From a virus (Duplodnaviria; Caudoviricetes), in the IMG/VR virus record IMGVR_UViG_3300028833_000112, positions 30,212 through 94,211 of that record: 64,000 nucleotides of DNA; one strand, 5' to 3'. The position numbers and the translations under genes were made by a program. Position 1 is the stretch's first letter. Every line of letters starts with the position of its first letter. Positions 59,504-64,000 of this stretch are shown piece by piece. The notes beneath the pieces are model-generated. The model did no database searches. It saw nothing but the letters and a program-made list of their open reading frames with translations, and was not told the DNA's origin.

Positions 59504-60184
59504 ATGATTAGCAAAGATACCGCGTTGGATGCGTTGCGCGAATTCCGTTCGGCGAGCATGGCAAACCTAATTTGGGAGAACGGGCTGAGGATTCGCCACG
59601 GAAATTTCGAGTACGTCTTCAACGCGGATGAAATTAATTACGTGGGCGACGGGGCAGAATTTGTGGTCGTGTCACTCAAGGACGAGTGGACGGCTGCAGG
59701 CACGCCACAACTTTCCGACGGCGTGTTGACTCTGGACGGCGTGAGCTGGCTTGAACGCGGTGCGGTTGAACTCGGCGGGCGCGATTTTCAAATCACGGGG
59801 CGCGCCTTCGAAGACCCGAACGATATGGCTGTCCGCAGAAAAATTTTTGAGCTGTACACGTCGGGCGATTTGAACGTCAGCTTGTACTCGTCGGGCGCGG
59901 GCAAAAATCTTGACCTGCTCGTGCACTGCGGCGGAGTCTTTGACAATTACTTTGAGCCCGCGATTTTGGAGAGGGAATACACCTTCGCGCTGAAGTGGCG
60001 GCAAGAAACAAGCACGTTGAGCTTGACCGTCGACGGTGAAGAGATTTACTCGCTGATTGCCCCGGCGTTCACTGAGAGAAAAATTTTTGAACGCGTGATT
60101 CTCGGCGGGAGCGTCCTCCACTCGAACGCGGCGTGGAAGGGCACAATCGCCGAATTCAAAATCTTTGACGGCTGGAGTGATTGA
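59504..60184 (+). CDS. Beta-sandwich (LamG/lectin-like) virion protein
   Basis: LTLDGVSWL...LTVDGEE...ILGG...WKGTIAEFKIFDG. Confidence 0.5.
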   Translation: MISKDTALDALREFRSASMANLIWENGLRIRHGNFEYVFNADEINYVGDGAEFVVVSLKDEWTAAGTPQLSDGVLTLDGVSWLERGAVELGGRDFQITGRAFEDPNDMAVRRKIFELYTSGDLNVSLYSSGAGKNLDLLVHCGGVFDNYFEPAILEREYTFALKWRQETSTLSLTVDGEEIYSLIAPAFTERKIFERVILGGSVLHSNAAWKGTIAEFKIFDGWSD

Positions 60185-60185
60185 A

Positions 60186-60500
60186 GTGGAATTGACCGAG
60201 AAAGAAGCTCATTGTGTTGCACGATTGATTCAAGGCGCGCTGTTCGCAGATGACATAATTGCGGGCTGTGAGTATTGCAAGTTTCGTTGTTTTGATGACC
60301 CTGAAAACCCCGCATTATTCGCGGGCGAGATAAGAAGACGTCTTGAGAAAGAAACGGGCGTCGATTTGAATGTCTTGTGGGGTGTTGACCTTCCTCACTC
60401 AAAATTTCCGTATGGCAAATTTCTCAAGAACGCGCACGCAAAAGTTAAGGAAGAATATCGCAAAAGGCTTGAAGCTGTTCGCGGGATTTGTGAGGAGTGA
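60186..60500 (+). CDS. Hypothetical protein, paralog of 53467..53766
   Basis: EAHCVARLIQGA...GCEYCK...ETGV...LPHSKFPY. Confidence 0.7.
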   Translation: MELTEKEAHCVARLIQGALFADDIIAGCEYCKFRCFDDPENPALFAGEIRRRLEKETGVDLNVLWGVDLPHSKFPYGKFLKNAHAKVKEEYRKRLEAVRGICEE

Positions 60501-61390
60501 CCATGGAACGGTTGATTCGTCAAAGGCTGGCGGGCGATGAGGAATTAAAATCTTTGCTGGCGAGTTTCGGGACGGAACCCGCTATTTTTTATGGCAAAAG
60601 CCCCGCCGACACGGATTCGCTCGAAAGATTTTATCCGCACATAATTTTATCGGCGGACAAATTCAGCGACGCGCAACACGGCGTGGCGGGCTTGCTCACG
60701 GCGGATATCATTTGCTCGCAAGACACAGTCGCGCCGGAGCCGATAGAAAAACTCGTGCGCAATCTTTTGGAGGGCGTCCTCTTCAAGGTGGAGGAAGTCT
60801 TCCTGCTCAAGTGGCAGCGCACAGAAAAATTTGCCGAACAAAATGCGGAGCGGACGGCGTTGGTTATCGGCGCGACAATGACATTTGAAATTTACGAATT
60901 GCCGTGCGGATTGACGGCTTCGCCCGACGCGATTCAAGCTGCGCAACTTTGGGCGGAACATTGGGATAAAAATCTGGTCGTGGTCGGACTGACTGACTTC
61001 GGGGAAATTTTCGTGCCGAGTCGCGAACACCCCGCGCTTTGGATAAGTCAAGCGAACTTGAACATGGCGCGGCAGTTGAACGTGGTCACATACGTCACGA
61101 CGGATTTGAACTTCCACATCTTTGCTCCCGGCGTTCAAGCGCGGCGTGAGTGGTTGGTTGCGATTTATCACGCGCTGGTTTTGGCTAAGGCAATCGAACT
61201 CGACGACCACTCGCCGATGAGACTGCAAAACGCTGACATTGACTTCAACGCCAATGAAATTCAAGGGCAGCTCAAAACTTCGTGGGAGTACGGAATTCCG
61301 CGGCGAATCACTTACGCTCACCCGCTCAAGAATTTGGAGGTTGAACATGACGGCGCGCTTCGCCGTTACGACGGTTACATGAGGAGATGA
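60497..61390 (+). CDS. Tail completion/terminator-like protein
   Basis: Position before the sheath gene; two similar-sized beta-rich halves. Confidence 0.5.
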   Translation: MTMERLIRQRLAGDEELKSLLASFGTEPAIFYGKSPADTDSLERFYPHIILSADKFSDAQHGVAGLLTADIICSQDTVAPEPIEKLVRNLLEGVLFKVEEVFLLKWQRTEKFAEQNAERTALVIGATMTFEIYELPCGLTASPDAIQAAQLWAEHWDKNLVVVGLTDFGEIFVPSREHPALWISQANLNMARQLNVVTYVTTDLNFHIFAPGVQARREWLVAIYHALVLAKAIELDDHSPMRLQNADIDFNANEIQGQLKTSWEYGIPRRITYAHPLKNLEVEHDGALRRYDGYMRR

Positions 61391-61394
61391 TTTT

Positions 61395-61556
61395 ATGTAC
61401 ACGATAAAAGAATTGGTCGCGGTGGCGCGCAAGCAATTCGGGCGGTCACCTGTGCTCGTTGAAGCCGCGCTCAAAACTTCAGGCAAAAAGAAATTCACGC
61501 TCGAAGAAGCCCAAACGATTATCGAAGCGTTTGCAACTCAGGAGGTGAAGAGGTAA
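61395..61556 (+). CDS. Small protein preceding the sheath
   Basis: MYTIKELVAVARKQFG...KKFTLEEAQTIIEAF; GAGGAG RBS. Confidence 0.6.
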   Translation: MYTIKELVAVARKQFGRSPVLVEAALKTSGKKKFTLEEAQTIIEAFATQEVKR

Positions 61557-63121
61557 TGGCAAGAAGATGGATTGAAGGCACGATACCTGTCAGCCCCGGC
61601 GTTTATTTCAGAACGACATCGGGCGACGTTGCTATCGAGGGCGCAATTAACGGGATTGTCGCCGTGGTTTACAAAGGCAACTGGGGCGCGCTGAACACGG
61701 TCGTTGATATTGCTCCCGAAGATATGAATAACTTGAAAGATATCGTCGGCACGGGCGCAGGCTACAATGCAATTTATCAGGCATTCCGCGGTGGCGCGCT
61801 CAGAGTTCGGGCGGTGCGTGTCGGCACGGGCGGCTCTGCTCCTTATGTGCGTATTTATTCGTCGAACACGTATAAAGTCAGCACGGCTCACCCTGCAAGT
61901 GCAAGCGGCGTTCCTGCCACGGCGACCAGTGTCCCTGCGGCAGACGCGGCATATGCAATTCGTATCGAAGCAAAATATCCCGGCTCACTTGAATTCAAAT
62001 GCAGTATTGCCGACGATTTGGTCACGGGCAAGAGAAAGCTCACGATTTACGACGGCACGCGTATTATTGAAAGTTTCAGCGTGCTGAAGGGCGACAAAGA
62101 ATCTATTCGCATGGTCAACGAGATTAACAACACGAGCAAATATTTTATAGCCAAGCATAAGTTAGAGAACACTGTCACGGGCAAGAATGTCGGCTGTCGC
62201 TTGAGTAATTACACGCAACGCAGTTTCCAAGGCGGGGCAGACCCGACGACAAATGTTGATTCGTTCTCGGCAGGGCTTGACGTGCTCGAACGCTACAGCT
62301 GGAACGTCGTCGTAACCACGTCGAATGAGGCGAGTGTTCACGCGTTGCTGACCGCTTACGTCCAGCAGTGCTATGACAACGGGCAACTGATTATGACGGT
62401 TATCGGCGGCACGCGCAAGCATAAAGACAGCAGCGGAGCGACGGTCGCTTATCCGTATACTGAGCGAGTTGCTTACGCCACGGCGACAAATGATTGGCGC
62501 GTGGTTTACGTTCCCAGCGGTTGGCTCGGCACTGACGGTTTGGAGTATGAGGGCTATCAATCGGCGGCTTATCTTGCGGGCATGATTGCGGGCAGTGAGT
62601 CGAACACCTCAATCACTCATCTGGTTATCCAAGGCGCGCTCCGTCCGCTTGAAGATTTGTCTATCGGGGAAGCTGAAGCGGCAATGGCGGGTGGTTGCGT
62701 TGTCCTCCAGCCGAATGACGAAGGGCAAGTTTGGGTCGGCAACGCGAACAACACGCTGGTCACTCTCGGCAATAACCAAGATTTGGGCTGGACTAAAATA
62801 CGTCGGACAAAGACTCGCTTCGAGTTCATGTCACGCGTCAATTGCACATGTGATAAGCTCGTCGGCAGGCTGAACAATGACGCTCACGGGCGCGCGACGA
62901 TTGTCACTGCCATCACCACGGTTATCCGCGAGATGATTGCCGAGAGAAAACTTTTCGAAGGTTCTTACGTCGAAGTCGACACCGCACATCAGCCCGTGGG
63001 CGACAGGGCTTACTTTATCGCCCATATCGGTGACATTGATTCACTGGAAAAGATTTTCCTCACACACAATTTTTCTTACGCGAATCCGTTCAGTGAACTT
63101 GACGTGGTGACGACAGCTTAA
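61556..63121 (+). CDS. Contractile tail sheath protein
   Basis: PGVYFR, NWGALNTVV, AKYPG, GMIAG...SITH, WTKIRR, DSLEKIF. Confidence 0.9.
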   Translation: MARRWIEGTIPVSPGVYFRTTSGDVAIEGAINGIVAVVYKGNWGALNTVVDIAPEDMNNLKDIVGTGAGYNAIYQAFRGGALRVRAVRVGTGGSAPYVRIYSSNTYKVSTAHPASASGVPATATSVPAADAAYAIRIEAKYPGSLEFKCSIADDLVTGKRKLTIYDGTRIIESFSVLKGDKESIRMVNEINNTSKYFIAKHKLENTVTGKNVGCRLSNYTQRSFQGGADPTTNVDSFSAGLDVLERYSWNVVVTTSNEASVHALLTAYVQQCYDNGQLIMTVIGGTRKHKDSSGATVAYPYTERVAYATATNDWRVVYVPSGWLGTDGLEYEGYQSAAYLAGMIAGSESNTSITHLVIQGALRPLEDLSIGEAEAAMAGGCVVLQPNDEGQVWVGNANNTLVTLGNNQDLGWTKIRRTKTRFEFMSRVNCTCDKLVGRLNNDAHGRATIVTAITTVIREMIAERKLFEGSYVEVDTAHQPVGDRAYFIAHIGDIDSLEKIFLTHNFSYANPFSELDVVTTA

Positions 63122-63125
63122 CATC

Positions 63126-63148
63126 GGCTCGCTTCGGCGGGCTTTTTT
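63126..63148 (+). terminator. Rho-independent terminator/attenuator
   Basis: GGCTCGC-TTCG-GCGGGCTTTTTT. Confidence 0.7.
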
Positions 63149-63164
63149 GATTGGAGATGATTAT

Positions 63165-63638
63165 ATGGCGTTCAATGAGTTTTCCTTGTATGGCAAAGGC
63201 GTGCGGAATGCTTTCAGCGGGAAGGACGCGTCCATTTTCTACGGCGACGGCAGATTGCTGACCACGGTCGAATCATGGCAGGCGCAAGTAAATTTTAACA
63301 CGGCAACGTTTCAGCCGCTTGGGTCGCCGATAGAACAGGCACACCTTTTGGGTTACTCGGTGACGATTACCCTTGTGCAATACATTATTGAGGACAGCGA
63401 TTTTATCAAGCAGGCGTTTGACTTTTTCACGAACGGTCGGCATGCTCCGATGTGGACGCTCTCTTCGGTGATTCACGGTTACGACGACTCCGAATCGCGC
63501 TTTAACTTTATTAACTGTGTGCCTGAGGGACAATGGGATTTACACAATCTGTCAATCGGTGACGTGACTCGCCGCTCGATTTCTCTGCGTTGCAATCAGC
63601 CGCCCGACCTGCAAAAAGTTTTGACTTACCAAGATTAA
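63165..63638 (+). CDS. Tail tube protein (XkdM-like)
   Basis: SGKDASIF; size; follows the sheath gene. Confidence 0.75.
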   Translation: MAFNEFSLYGKGVRNAFSGKDASIFYGDGRLLTTVESWQAQVNFNTATFQPLGSPIEQAHLLGYSVTITLVQYIIEDSDFIKQAFDFFTNGRHAPMWTLSSVIHGYDDSESRFNFINCVPEGQWDLHNLSIGDVTRRSISLRCNQPPDLQKVLTYQD

Positions 63639-63650
63639 GGAGATTGAATC

Positions 63651-64000
63651 ATGAAAAAAGAAGTTGACCTTGAGAAGGTCGAATCGGATATCACTGCGGC
63701 TCTGCTTGAGGCGGCGTCTTATCGCATGAGCGACGAAACTCAGCCGGTAGTAATTAAACGCCAAGGGAAAATTATATTTGAATTCACGGTGCGCGGGCTC
63801 GACGAGGACGAGTGGGCTAAATGCCGCCGCCAAAATCTTGTTAATCGCGGGCTCCGTACGGAAGAAATAAAGCAATCCCGCTTCAACAGTCAAGTGATTT
63901 ACGAGGCGACAATCGACGAAGACAAAGAACGGCTTTGGAAAAACAAAGACGCGTGGGCAAAGCTCAACGTAGCCAGTGGCATTGATATGGTCAACGCAAT
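63651..64000 (+). CDS. Tail assembly chaperone (XkdN-like), partial
   Basis: FEFTVRGLDEDEWAKCRRQ...VIYEATI...LWKNK; follows the tube gene; runs off the window. Confidence 0.65.
   Translation, partial: MKKEVDLEKVESDITAALLEAASYRMSDETQPVVIKRQGKIIFEFTVRGLDEDEWAKCRRQNLVNRGLRTEEIKQSRFNSQVIYEATIDEDKERLWKNKDAWAKLNVASGIDMVNA

Larger units (their letters stand above)
1..64000. mobile_element. Temperate myovirus-type phage/prophage (incomplete at both ends)
   Basis: Integrase, CI/Cro, replication, terminase, portal, capsid, sheath and tube genes in canonical order; no att site visible. Confidence 0.95.

Overview
The whole window is a temperate myovirus-type phage or prophage, cut off at both ends. The host is probably a Firmicute of the Negativicutes/Selenomonadaceae type; this is an inference from protein style and the CRISPR repeat, not from a search. 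Gene order: integrase N-terminus and immunity region (1-4 kb); a very long early/replication/recombination region (4-43 kb) with two further XRE-controlled divergent switches, a host-like dnaN, thyX, DnaD-type initiator with iterons, DnaC-like loader, DnaB, SSB, ERF, RusA, HU and several methyltransferases; packaging (43-53 kb); head genes; and tail sheath, tube and chaperone (to 64 kb). Five signals the ORF track misses stand out. (1) An array of six repeated promoter/leader units at 46.9-48.7 kb, four of them carrying a small unrelated ORF and a shared terminator. (2) A Cas-less CRISPR mini-array (3 repeats, 2 spacers) inserted between the head protease and scaffold genes. (3) A 238-nt group I intron splitting the glycyl-radical motif of a stand-alone NrdD-like mini-protein. 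(4) A tRNA-shaped but non-tRNA RNA within a cluster of hairpins with anti-Shine-Dalgarno loops. (5) A 5-nt insertion that breaks the Walker A motif of the large terminase. All functional calls come from motif recognition by eye; no database search was run.
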